A stretch of 64,000 nucleotides of DNA from Eledone cirrhosa (lineage: Eukaryota): positions 405,294,001 to 405,358,000 of the forward strand of contig OZ024741.1 in NCBI GenBank assembly GCA_964016885.1, in the 5' to 3' direction. Shown piece by piece: positions 1-11,728 of the stretch (its first letter is position 1; every line of letters starts with the position of its first letter). Made by a program: the position numbers and the translations under genes. Under the pieces are notes generated by a model that saw only the letters and a list, made by a program, of their open reading frames with translations, did no database searches and was not told where the DNA came from.

Positions 1-3000
1 TGTATGGAGTCATAACTACTGGGGGAGTCATAGGGACACTGTCATAATGTATGTATAGAGTCATAACTCCTGGGGGAGTCATAGGGACACTGTCATAACG
101 TATGTATGGAGTCATAACTACTGGGGGAGTCATAGGGGTACTGTCAATGTATGTATGGAGTCATAACTACTGGGGGAGTCATAGGGACACTGTCATAATG
201 TATGTATGGAGTCATAACTACTGGGGGAGTCATAGGGGCACTGTCAATGTATGTATGGAGTCATAACTACTGAGGGAGTCATAGGGGCACTGTCATAATG
301 TATGTATGGAGTCATAACTACTGGGGAGTCATAGGGGCACTGTCATAATGTATGTATGGAGTCATAACTACTGGGGGAGTCATAGGGGCACTGTCAATGT
401 ATGTATGGAGTCATAACTACTGGGGGAGTCATAGGGACACTGTCATAATGTATGTATGGAGTCATAACTACTGGGGAGTCATAGGGGCACTGTCATAATG
501 TATGTATGGAGTCATAACTACTGGGGGAGTCATAGGGGCACTGTCAATGTATGTATGGAGTCATAACTACTGGGGGAGTCATAGGGACACTGTCATAATG
601 TATGTATGTAGTCATAACTACTGGGGGAGTCATAGGGGCACTGTCATAATGTATGTATGGAGTCATAACTACTGGGGGAGTCATAGGGGCACTGTCAATG
701 TATGTATGGAGTCATAACTACTGGGGGAGTCATAGGGATACTGTCATAATGTATATATGGAGTCATAACTACTGGGGGAGTCATAGGGGCACTGTCATAA
801 TGTATGTATGGAGTCATAACTACTGGGGGAGTCATAGGGACTCTGTCATAATGTATGTATGGAGTCATAACTACTGGGGGAGTCATAGGGGCACTGTCAT
901 AATGTATGTATGGAGTCATAACTACTGGGGAGTCATAGGGGCACTGTCATAATGTATGTATGGAGTCATAACTACTGGGGGAGTCATAGGGACACTGTCA
1001 TAACGTATGTATGGAGTCATAACTACTGGGGGAGTCATAGGGACACTGTCATAATGTATGTATGGAGTCATAACTACTGGGGGAGTCATAGGGGCACTGT
1101 CAATGTATGTATGGAGTCATAACTACTGGGGGAGTCATAGGGACACTGTCATAATGTATGTATGGAGTCATAACTACTGGGGGAGTCATAGGGACACTGT
1201 CATAATGTATGTATGGAGTCATAACTACTGGGGGAGTCATAAGGACACTGTCATAATGTATGTATGGAGTCATAACTACTGAGGAGTCATAGGGACACTG
1301 TCATAATGTATGTATGGAGTCATAACTACTGGGGGAGTCATAGGGACACTGTCATAATGTATGTATGGAGTCATAACTACTGGGGGAGTCATAGGGACAC
1401 TGTCATAATGTATGTATGGAGTCATAACTACTGGGGGAGTCATAGCGGCACTGTCATAATGTATGTATGGAGTCATAGGGGCACTGTCATAATGTATGTA
1501 TGGGGTCATAACTACTGGGGGAGTCATATGACACTGTCATAACGTATGTATGGAGTCATAACTACTGGGGGAGTCATAGGGGCACTGTCAATGTATGTAT
1601 GGAGTCATAACTACTGGGGGAGTCATAGGGGCACTGTCAATGTATGTATGGAGTCATAACTATTGGGGGAGTCATAGGGACACTGTCATAATGTATGTAT
1701 GGAGTCATAACTACTGGGGGAGTCATAGGGACACTGTCATAACGTATGTATGGAGTCATAACTACTGGGGGAGTTATAGGGGTACTGTCAATGTATGTAT
1801 GGAGTCATAACTACTGGGGGAGTCATAGGGACACTGTCATAATGTATGTATGGAGTCATAACTACTGGGGGAGTCATAGGGGCACTGTCAATGTATGTAT
1901 GGAGTCATAACTACTGGGGGAGTCATAGGGGCACTGTCATAATGTATGTATGGAGTCATAACTACTGGGGAGTCATAGGGGCACTGTCATAATGTATGTA
2001 TGGAGTCATAACTACTGGGGGAGTCATAGGGGCACTGTCAATGTATGTATGGAGTCATAACTACTGGGGGAGTCATAGGGACACTGTCATAATGTATGTA
2101 TGGAGTCATAACTACTGGGGAGTGATAGGGGCACTGTCATAATGTATGTATGGAGTCATAACTACTGGGGGAGTCATAGGGGCACTGTCAATGTATGTAT
2201 GGAGTCATAACTACTGGGGGATTCATAGGGACACTGTCATAATGTATGTATGGAGTCATAACTACTGGGGGAGTCATAGGGGCACTGTCAATGTATGTAT
2301 GGAGTCATAACTACTGGGGGAGTCATAGGGACACTGTCATAATGTATATATGGAGTCATAACTACTGGGGGAGTCATAGGGGCACTGTCATAATGTATGT
2401 ATGGAGTCATAACTACTGGGGGAGTCATAGGGACTCTGTCATAATGTATGTATGGAGTCATAACTACTGGGGGAGTCATAGGGGCACTGTCATAATGTAT
2501 GTATGGAATCATAACTACTGGGGAGTCATAGGGGCACTGTCATAATGTATGTATGGAGTCATAACTACTGGGGGAGTCATAGGGACACTGTCATAACGTA
2601 TGTATGGAGTCATAACTACTGGGGGAGTCATAGGGACACTGTCATAATGTATGTATGGAGTCATAACTACTGGGGGAGTCATAGGGGCACTGTCAATGTA
2701 TGTATGGAGTCATAACTACTGGGGGAGTCATAGGGACACTGTCATAATGTATGTATGGAGTCATAACTACTGGGGGAGTCATAGGGACACTGTCATAATG
2801 TATGTATGGAGTCATAACTACTGGGGGAGTCATAAGGACACTGTCATAATGTATGTATGGAGTCATAACTACTGAGGAGTCATAGGGACACTGTCATAAT
2901 GTATGTATGGAGTCATAACTACTGGGGGAGTCATAGGGACACTGTCATAATGTATTTATGGAGTCATAACTACTGGGGGAGTCATAGGGACACTGTCATA

Positions 3001-3226
3001 ATGTATTTATGGAGTCATAACTACTGGGGGAGTCATAGGGACACTGTCATAATGTATGTATGGAGTCATAACTACTGGGGGAGTCATAGGGACACTGTCA
3101 TAATGTATGTATGGAGTCATAACTACTGGGGGAGTCATAGCGGCACTGTCATAATGTATGTATGGAGTCATAGGGACACAGTCATAATGTATGTATGGAG
3201 TCATAGGGACACTGTCATAATGTATG
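1..3226. repeat. Tandem array, 51-bp unit (49/50-bp variants), ~63 copies, open at window start; SINE-derived
   Basis: Unit TGTATGGAGTCATAACTACTGGGGGAGTCATAGGGACACTGTCATAATGTA; variant patterns recur at a 1593-bp offset (ORF-track hits 653/2246 and 1058/2651). Confidence 0.97.
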
Positions 3227-3600
3227 TTTCTTGGACATTTTAAAAACCTGACAGCGCTCATCTCCACTCCAGGTCTGATTACAGTTGAATTCTTCCAAAG
3301 AGAGAGAGAGAGAGAAAGTGCTAGAGTGGAAGTGAGAAAGAGAGTGAGAGAGTGGAAGTGAGAAAGAGAGTGAGAGAGAGAGTGAGAGAGTGAGAGTGAG
3401 AGAGTGCTGGAGAGGAAGTGAGAAAGAGGGCGAGGAAGTGAGAAAAAGAGAGAGGAAGTAAGAAAGAGTTAGGGAGAGTTGACCCGAATACTGGATTGTT
3501 ACTTTGTGTATCGACCTCAAAAGAATAAAATCGAAATTGATCTTGGTAGGATTTGAACTCAAAATGTTGCAGAGCATTCTGACTTTGAGAATTTGTTAGC
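3227..3600 (-). mobile_element. Degenerate tRNA-derived SINE with internal (GA)n-rich tract, continuous with the 51-bp array
   Basis: Matches 34040-34380 (+) and 20190-20505 (-): GGATTTGAACTC B-box complement and CTCCAGG(T/C)CTGA(T/A)TACAG segment. Confidence 0.75.
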
Positions 3601-3964
3601 ACAGGTATAATTAAGGAAATATTACCTGTATTTATCTAACATCTACTCCAGGGGGAAGAACTTATGTCAGTTCCACTTCATAAGATGGAATTGGAACTAA
3701 ACATTGTCCAACGAGGCCTTTCACCTTTCACCCTTTAGCATTTAAACCGGCCATATCCAGCCAGAACTCTGTCATTTCTTTCTGTCCAAACCGACAGTAA
3801 TCGGCTGCTCATACTGATGTTAAGGTATTGTTCTCAAAATAAATAATATCAAAATCTCGTCAATTCAGTATTATGTGAGATAAAGTGTTTTCCATGAAAA
3901 TACAATACTATATATGGAGTAATGTAAATGCAGTAAATTATACAATTGGTCCACATTATTTGTG

Positions 3965-4362
3965 AATTGGCAGTATCGGTAGAGGGTCGGACGCCATGCT
4001 TTGACGCATAGAGTTACGGCCCATGCCATTCTGAGTTCAAATCCCGTCGAGGTTAACTTTGCCTTTCATCCTTACGGGGTCGATAAAATAAAGTACCAAT
4101 AATGCACTGGGTAATTGCTGGCCTTGTGCTGAAAGAAGAAACAATTATTTATGACAAATATCTAATGGGCGGTGGATTGGCAGTATCAGTAGAGGGTCGG
4201 ACGCCATGCTTTGCAGCAAAAGAGTTACGACCCTTTATGGTCTGAGTTCAAATCCCGCTGATGTTAACTTTGCCTTTCATCCTTACGGGTTCGATAAAAT
4301 AAAGTACCAGTAATACACTGGGATAATTGCTGGCCTTGTGCCAAAAGTAGAAACAATTATTT
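3965..4362 (+). mobile_element. Two tandem copies of a tRNA-derived SINE (MetaSINE-like central domain)
   Basis: GAGTTCAAATCCC B-box followed by TTTGCCTTTCATCCTTACGGG(G/T)TCGATAAAATAAAGTACC; 3' end AGAAACAATTATTTAT. Confidence 0.85.
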
Positions 4363-4364
4363 AT

Positions 4365-5210
4365 GATAAATTACTTGATGTATTCCATATAATTGTTTAT
4401 ACAAAGTCAGAAAACAGCACAGTTCCCATGGCTTTCGGAAACATTTTTTCATGCTCAGAGTTGCTGAAGCATGGAACAAACTACCTGCATCAGTTGTTAG
4501 CTGTCGAGACACTACATCCTTTAAAACCTCCATGGAACAAACTACCTGCATCAGTGTTTAGCTGTCGAGACACTGCATCCTTTAAAACCTCCATGGAACA
4601 AACTACCTGCATCAGTTGTTAGCTGTCGAGACACTACATCCTTTAAAACCTCCATGGAACAAACTACCTGCATCAGTTGTTAGCTGTCGAGACACTGCAT
4701 CCTTTAAAACCTCCATGGAACAAACTACCTGCATCAGTTGTTAGCTGTCGAGACACTGCATCCTTTAAAAACCCCATGGAACAAACTACCTGCATCAGTT
4801 GTTAGCTGTCGAGACACTGCATCCTTTAAAAACCCCATGGAACAAACTACCTGCATCAGTTGTTAGCTGTCGAGACACTACATCCTTTAAAACCCCCATG
4901 GAACAAACTACCTGCATCAGTTGTTAGCTGTCGAGACACTACATCCTTTAAAACCTCCATGGAACAAACTACCTGCATCAGTTGTTAGCTGTCGAGACAC
5001 TGCATCCTTTAAAACCTCCATACTTCCTGACATTCGCCAACACTACACCTGATGTCCCCCCTCCATACACACGCACACATGTATATCATGACGCATACAC
5101 TATTCACTTCCCTGACCTTTGTATATTATTTTATGTACTATACATGCACCTTTGATGAGTTGTAGTGCACCTGAGCACTGTACACAATAATTTCATTATT
5201 ATTATTATTA
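4365..5210 (+). mobile_element. 3' fragment of a CR1/L2-group LINE with an internal 61-bp tandem array
   Basis: From 4436 reads RKHFFMLRVAEAWNKLPASVVSCRDTTSFKTS, the typical ORF2 C-terminus; 3' UTR ends in an (ATT)n tail at ~5195-5210. Confidence 0.75.
4470..5020. repeat. Tandem array, 61-bp unit, ~9 copies
   Basis: Unit CATGGAACAAACTACCTGCATCAGTTGTTAGCTGTCGAGACACT(A/G)CATCCTTTAAAACCTC. Confidence 0.97.
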
Positions 5211-5444
5211 TATATATGTCACTAATACATTAACCATACTCCCAAATTATATACAACATTCCTGGATTAGTATTTGACTTATATATAAACACAGGTTGTG
5301 TTTATTGGTACTGTTTATATATAATTCTTATGACATTTCCTTCAAAACATTCAAAACTATTTTCCTCACATGTCTAATAAAATGTCATGTAAACAAACCT
5401 TTTGTAGCTCTTAACAGACTAAATCTCTGTTAATGAATTCTTGA

Positions 5445-5688
5445 AGGTGAGTAATTGGCAGAGTTGTTTGAACGTCAGATAGAAATAGTTGCATAGAATG
5501 TTTTGTAGTATTCATTCCAGTTCTCTGGGCTCTGAGTTCAAATCTCGCCGATGTCAACTTTGCCTTTCATCCTTCTGGGGGTTCATAAAAACGGTACCAG
5601 TTCAGTACTGTGGTAGATTCTCTCTCTCTCTCTCTCTTTCACTCTCCTTCTCTCTCTATGTCTCTCTCTCTATCTCTCTCTCTCTCCA
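5445..5688 (+). mobile_element. tRNA-derived SINE followed by (CT)n
   Basis: GGTGAGTAATTGGCAG head, GAGTTCAAATC, TTGCCTTTCATCCTT core. Confidence 0.75.
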
Positions 5689-6892
5689 ACATATTATATT
5701 ATCCAAGATATTCTTGTATACAGCATATTGACTTTACATCATATACAAAGCATTTTAAATCTTTCAATGGAAGGTATTGAAATGACTTGCATACGATGTA
5801 AGGTTAATGTCCTGAATAAAAGTGTAACAAGAAAGCAATCAACACAGTACAATGAAGAAATTTTATGGCTTCATATATATATATAGAAAGAGGGAGCAAT
5901 GTAAATGCTAAAGGGTTAATTATTGTTTTTTGAACCTGATGGCATCTCCAATTAATGTATTTTCCTCATGGCAACAAATGTAAAATCTTGTGTATTCCCT
6001 TATTGATCTCTTAGCATGTACAGGTCTGTGCTTTGCTAATGAAATCAGACTATGACTAAAGCCGAAATATGTCCAGAGTAGACTCCCACACTTGCTTGAC
6101 AAATGAAATGCTGTTATTGACTGTCAATTCCTAACTGCTCCCTGTATTACATTAATATGTATTTTGTTTTACTTTTAAGTGTTTTTAATTTATTAGTAGC
6201 CAATATAATTTCATTTCCATGCAGTAAAATATATGTTGCAAATTTTCTATCCAACAAAGACTAACTAGTCCTTAATATATACACTTGGTTCTCAAATAAT
6301 TATCCCTGCGTTTATTAATTTTTCAAATATTTTGGGTTGGGGTCTCAATGTGTAAACTAAATCACTAATTCTGGTTTTAAAAAATCAACAGAGACAACCT
6401 AAAAAAATTACTGATTTTTCAATCATCTCCTCCTGCTTATTCCAGAGTCAATAAAATGAAGTACCAGTAATACACTGAGGTTGATTTAATTAACTTTGTC
6501 GTTCCCCAAATTTGCTAGCCTCCTACCTTAATTAGAAATTAATATTTTTTTACACTGTTACTTTGCTAATAACTAACCTTGTCTTTGCACTTGCTACAAT
6601 TGTATTCTGAGTACAAATTTTGTACTGGCTCTGATCAATAGCTCTTGTATTGGCTCTGATCAATAACTAATGATCAAAAATTTCCAGCCATAACCATCCA
6701 ATAGATTGGTAGATTTGTTTGTATTGAATGTGTGGCCTCACAGTATTTGTTTTATTAATTTACATTCTGAGTTCAAATTCCACCGAGGAATTGAACTCTC
6801 AGCACTAGTCAGGATTAACTGCCCAACCACAGGAGCACAACTGATCATGAAAGTTGGAATGGGTGGAGGATGGTTGTGGTCAAATGTTACTG

Positions 6893-7290
6893 CATCATCA
6901 TCATCATCATCATCATCATTTAACGTCTATCTTCCACGCTAGCCTGGGTTAGACGGGAATTGTCCTACTTGAGGCAAGATTGGTCAGGTAACTGTATCTC
7001 GCTCATATAGGACTGACTGGCGGGTTTTCTATGACTGGATGCCCTTCCTAACACCAACCACATTTACAGTGTGGACTGGGAGGTTTTTACCGTGTTACCT
7101 ACCCGGCCACATTACAGCGTGGACTGTGTGTTTTTTTTTTGTCGTGACACCTACACGATCTCATTAGTTTGGACTGGATGTTGTAGTACCAACATAACTT
7201 TACAGTGAAAGGGTGGTGATGGTGGGAGTGGAAGGGTGGAGTTGGGGTAGTGGGATATTTGCAGTCGAATGATAATGATGATGACGACAA
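6893..7290 (-). mobile_element. RTE-related non-autonomous retroelement / 3' UTR copy
   Basis: (CAT)n tail and GGATGCCCTTCCTAACACCAACC; reverse complement of 12990-13338 and 23400-23745. Confidence 0.8.
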
Positions 7291-7533
7291 TTGTGACAGA
7301 TTCCTACCAGAGAATCTAACCTCACCAGTGTTTATCACATACATTTGTCAGGCCTACAGTATGAGACTCTACCCTCTAGGGTAGCTACATTTAGTGAGGT
7401 GTTCTTGGTCAATAAGATTTAAGTATCTTGGTCATGAACACAACACAGTATAAGTGTACATTATGATGGTCTGTTCTTTTGGTTCTTTGTCTGAAACCAT
7501 GAAATCAGTGACCCATGTCTTATTGTTGAACCC

Positions 7534-7750
7534 CATCATCATCATCATCGTTTAATGTCTATCTTCCATGCTAGCATGGGTAAGACGGGAATTGTCCCAC
7601 TTGAGGCAAGATTGGTCAGGTGACCGCGTCTCGTTTGTATAGGACTGTCTGGCAGGTTTTCTACGGCTGGATGCCCTTCCATATTTAGTGTGGACTGGGA
7701 GGTTTTTACCATGTTACCTACATGGCCACATTACAGCGGGGACTGTGTGT
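7534..7750 (-). mobile_element. RTE-related 3' end copy
   Basis: Closely similar to 6893-7130. Confidence 0.8.
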
Positions 7751-8124
7751 TAAAAGGGCAGCATACATGACATTAGCACAGAACCCAGGAGATTGATGTG
7801 GGGAAAGGGAGAAAGAAAGTATAAGATTCATGAGTTATTGCTGACTAGGGGGGACCCCCCCTCCCCATCTCCCAGAGACGTTGTGCACAGCAGAATATGA
7901 TTGCATTCAGGATATGGAAAGGTGGGGGGTGCTGAACTTCTCTTAAAATTGAAAGGATGTGAGATGTTTATTTTTTATGTGGCTGTTTCAAATACCTATG
8001 ACCCCCTGGACTGTTGTACAGACTGACCTTTCGCCCTCATATAGGCTCTGCTGTTAACCACTACTCTGATCTACATTAGTAATCAGTCGGAAATCAATGA
8101 CCATTTGTCTGATTCTAAGCTTTT

Positions 8125-8320
8125 ACTGGTCGCTCTCCGACAGGTTTGCGGTAGTACCCTTGGCAGTGGAGACTTCTGGTGTCCTTGGCTACCTCCCTAC
8201 TCACCACCATAGGCGCTGAGCTGGCCAGCCGCAGATGTGAGCCCCATGAGTTGGAATGGCTTTTCCAGCGCATCTCCCTTGCCGTCCTCCGAGGAAACAC
8301 CTCCATTCTGTCCACCGGGG
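8125..8320 (+). mobile_element. C-terminal fragment of an RLE-type (CRE-like) non-LTR retrotransposon
   Basis: Reads PLAVETSGVLG...IGAELASRRCEPHELEWLFQRISLAVLRGNT, matching the P-x-A-x-E-T-x-G ... FQR-x-S-x-A-x-x-RGN terminus of CRE-clade proteins. Confidence 0.7.
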
Positions 8321-8885
8321 CTGTGGGGAGGCCACCAATATGATTGACTGACTTGTCATGTTTGGAGCTAATACTACTTGCTTACTTTAATGTTTCAATT
8401 GTTTCCTAAAGTCATTCAATCAGAAAGCGCTATAGTTGGGTTGTTAGTAAGTAATAGAAATGTCACCTAACTAACTATAAGATCTCTTGCTTTAACAGCT
8501 TAGAAATATCTAAATTTGCATCACCATCAAACCCACACTAACATTGGTGGAGAATATATGTAAAATAACAACAAAAATTCTTTTTTTTAAAGACTTCCAA
8601 TATATATTTTAAGTGAAGTTTTATGTTTCTCTTCATTCCGCTCCCTATATATTGTTATACAAATAATTGATATATTATAAATTATGACAAAATATTCAGT
8701 ATTTTTTTATCAAAATGTTTATCTTTACATTAATGATCTCAAGGAAAAATTAATATTGGTTTTATTTATTTGTCTAAGATTGATGACGAGAATCGTCTGT
8801 CTTCATGAGACCTTTGGTAAATGGAATAATTGTCTTATGTTGTTTATTACATAACTAAATAGCTCAGCGATTCTCGCTGAATTTA

Positions 8886-8924
<39 letters not shown>

Positions 8925-9177
8925 TCACAATTGTTTTAAATGGACATTAAAATGACATTGATGATATATATATATGTATGTATGTATTTTCCTCACTTAA
9001 AAAAGCTTCAAGCACAGGCATTGCTTGATATGTGACACTTTTTATTTTGTTTTTTTTGCAATGCATGGTATTGCTGGCCATAGGCAAGTTCCGAGCAGGG
9101 CTTAAAAGCCATGTGCGTGATGCTCATGTTTGAGTATCAATTGATGGCATTACTCAAAATCAAGTTGCAGCCATCAT

Positions 9178-9209
9178 CATATATATATATATATATTTAT
9201 ATTTATATT

Positions 9210-9241
<32 letters not shown>

Positions 9242-9319
9242 TATATACATATATATATATTTATATTTATATATATATTTATATATATATATATACATAT
9301 ATATATATTTATATTTATA

Positions 9320-9386
<67 letters not shown>

Positions 9387-9387
9387 T

Positions 9388-9419
<32 letters not shown>

Positions 9420-9438
9420 CATATATATTTATATTTAT

Positions 9439-9469
<31 letters not shown>

Positions 9470-9593
9470 CATATATATATATACACACATATATATATAT
9501 ACACACATATATATATATACACACATATATATATATACACACACATATATATATATATATATACACATATATATATATATACACACACATATA

Positions 9594-9691
<98 letters not shown>

Positions 9692-9758
9692 TACACATAT
9701 ATATATATATATACACATATATATATATATATATACACATATATATATATATATATAT

Positions 9759-9841
<83 letters not shown>

Positions 9842-9930
9842 TATATATATATACACATATATATATATATACACATACATATATATTTATATATACATAC
9901 ATAAATATATATATACAGATATATATATAT
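9178..9930. repeat. Compound (TA)n/(CA) microsatellite, ~750 bp
   Basis: Direct reading. Confidence 0.98.
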
Positions 9931-10079
9931 GGTGTGTGAATTGTCAGAAATAAAATGAAATTAAACTATTAATGTGTGGAGTTATTTATTCAGTTGAACA
10001 GAACAAGGAACAAGGATACTTCTTCATATTGTTGTTGTTGTTGTAAAGATTGTCATCATCATCATTATATATATATATA

Positions 10080-10323
10080 TGAAGTATTTCCATAGGAAGG
10101 GTAAAGGAAAAGAGAGTGCTCTATGTAGACTACAGAGCTATTAAGTTATGTAATGAACAACATAAAACAATTATTCCATTTACCAAAGGTTTCACGAAGA
10201 CAGACGAACTCGACACAGACATCTGAAATCGCTCATCGATTTCAGATGTCTGTGTAGAGTTCATCTGTCTTCGTGAAACCTTTGGTAAATGGAATAATTG
10301 TTTTATGTTGTTCATTACATAAC
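10080..10323. mobile_element. Penelope-pLTR-like module with 87-bp-arm palindrome (10145-10323), between (TA)n tracts
   Basis: Arms 10145-10231 and 10237-10323, loop CTCAT; same family as 8780-8870 and 14003-14165. Confidence 0.7.
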
Positions 10324-10689
10324 AATATATATATATATATAATTAAATTAAATTAAAAGTAGGATGACGCTTGTATATAAAATAAACACATGAAACAATT
10401 ACAGGGGATAATTTGTGAAGAGTGTAATCATAGTTATGGAGGTAACATATTAAAAATTAACAAGAACCTTGAATATAGATACCTTGCAATAAAGAATAAT
10501 CTTTACCAATTATCCTCTAATTGATTGATGTGTTTATTTTATATACATGCGTCATCCTACTTTTAATTTAATTTAGTATAAATGCTCGGATTTACTACTT
10601 GGAATCTTAGAGCTTATTCTACAGGTGGTATGGCACATGATTCTGATATTCTCAGACATGACATCCTTAATCTAATTTTGGTAATATAT

Positions 10690-11025
10690 ATCATCATCAT
10701 CATCATCATTTTACGTCCACTTTTCCCGGCTTGCAAGGGTGGGACGGGAACTGATTTTGGCTTCATTTCTACAGCTGGATGCCCTTCCTAACACCAACCT
10801 CATTTACAGTGAGCGCTGGGTGCTTTTTTGCCGTGGCACCTCCACGACCACTTTGCAGTGGAATGATAGGGATCCCAGTCCCTATCATCTCATTTCTACA
10901 GCTGAGTAAACTGGAGCAATGTGAAATAAAGTGTCTTGCTCAAGGAAACAACACATCACCCAGTCTGAGAATTGAACTCACAACCTTTCAATTGCAAGGC
11001 CAATACTCTAACCACTAAGCCATGT
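10690..11025 (-). mobile_element. RTE-tail element (10690-10860) plus CORE/V-type tRNA-derived SINE (10865-11025)
   Basis: (CAT)n tail; AAGTGTCTTGCTCAAGG core; reverse complement of 23890-24045. Confidence 0.75.
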
Positions 11026-11728
11026 ATATATATGTATACTCACCAAACATTATACACACACGCAAACGCATGTGCAGAGACAGAGACAAGAATAAATAAT
11101 TAAATAAATAAATAAAATAAAAATGGCGTAGACATTGCAATACAACAGGAGGGAACATAATAGTACCACTGATGATGTTGCAGATGTGCAACAAAAGAAC
11201 TTCGATAGACTATATATATATTTATATCTGTATTTTTAACTGCTGGTCTATCAATGATAAACATTGATTGCCAAATAAATTAACTATGGAAATATAAAAG
11301 ATACAGAAGCGAAAACCAACCAAAGAGTGAGTGTGTTCTGTTATTATTTCTGGCAATATTTTTACAATATGACCCCCCCCCCCCCCCAAGTATAACAATA
11401 TATATATATATGTGTGGTTGGCAGCTGAGAGATAAGAGTACTGAATACCGAAGCAGAGTTCTAATTTATTATGGCTAAATATTCATTTTATTAAGGCTAA
11501 ATAGTGAATGTTGTTACTCTGGAGTTTTGCCTGTTTATCACAGAAAAAATATAGGAAAAACAAGTTGAAAATGTTATTGGAGTCTTTTAGAAGGTTTATT
11601 AACAAAAACTTCACAGTTTTATGATTTTGAAAATTGAAACCAGTAAATTTTTTGTAAATAATTTTTTTAAAGACTCCAATTGCTTTTTCAGTTTCTTTTT
11701 CCTATATATATATATATATATATATATA

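Noticed and set aside
502-3267. Repetitive ORFs (MYVWSHNYWGSH..., MTPPVVMTPYIH...)
   Set aside because: By-products of a 51-bp unit divisible by three; 49/50-bp variants shift the frame constantly and the unit is SINE-derived.
3965-4060. tRNA-like A/B boxes in many places
   Set aside because: They are SINE heads followed by SINE cores; no cloverleaf could be built.
9111-9953. Long YI-repeat ORFs (also HT/CV ORFs at 25961, 29225-29794 and 34384-34910)
   Set aside because: Translations of dinucleotide microsatellites.
11165-11210. CTGATGA-TGTTGCA GA TGTGCAACA hammerhead-like start
   Set aside because: The stem II hairpin is followed by AAAG rather than GAAA, and stems I/III are not evident; at best a dead remnant.
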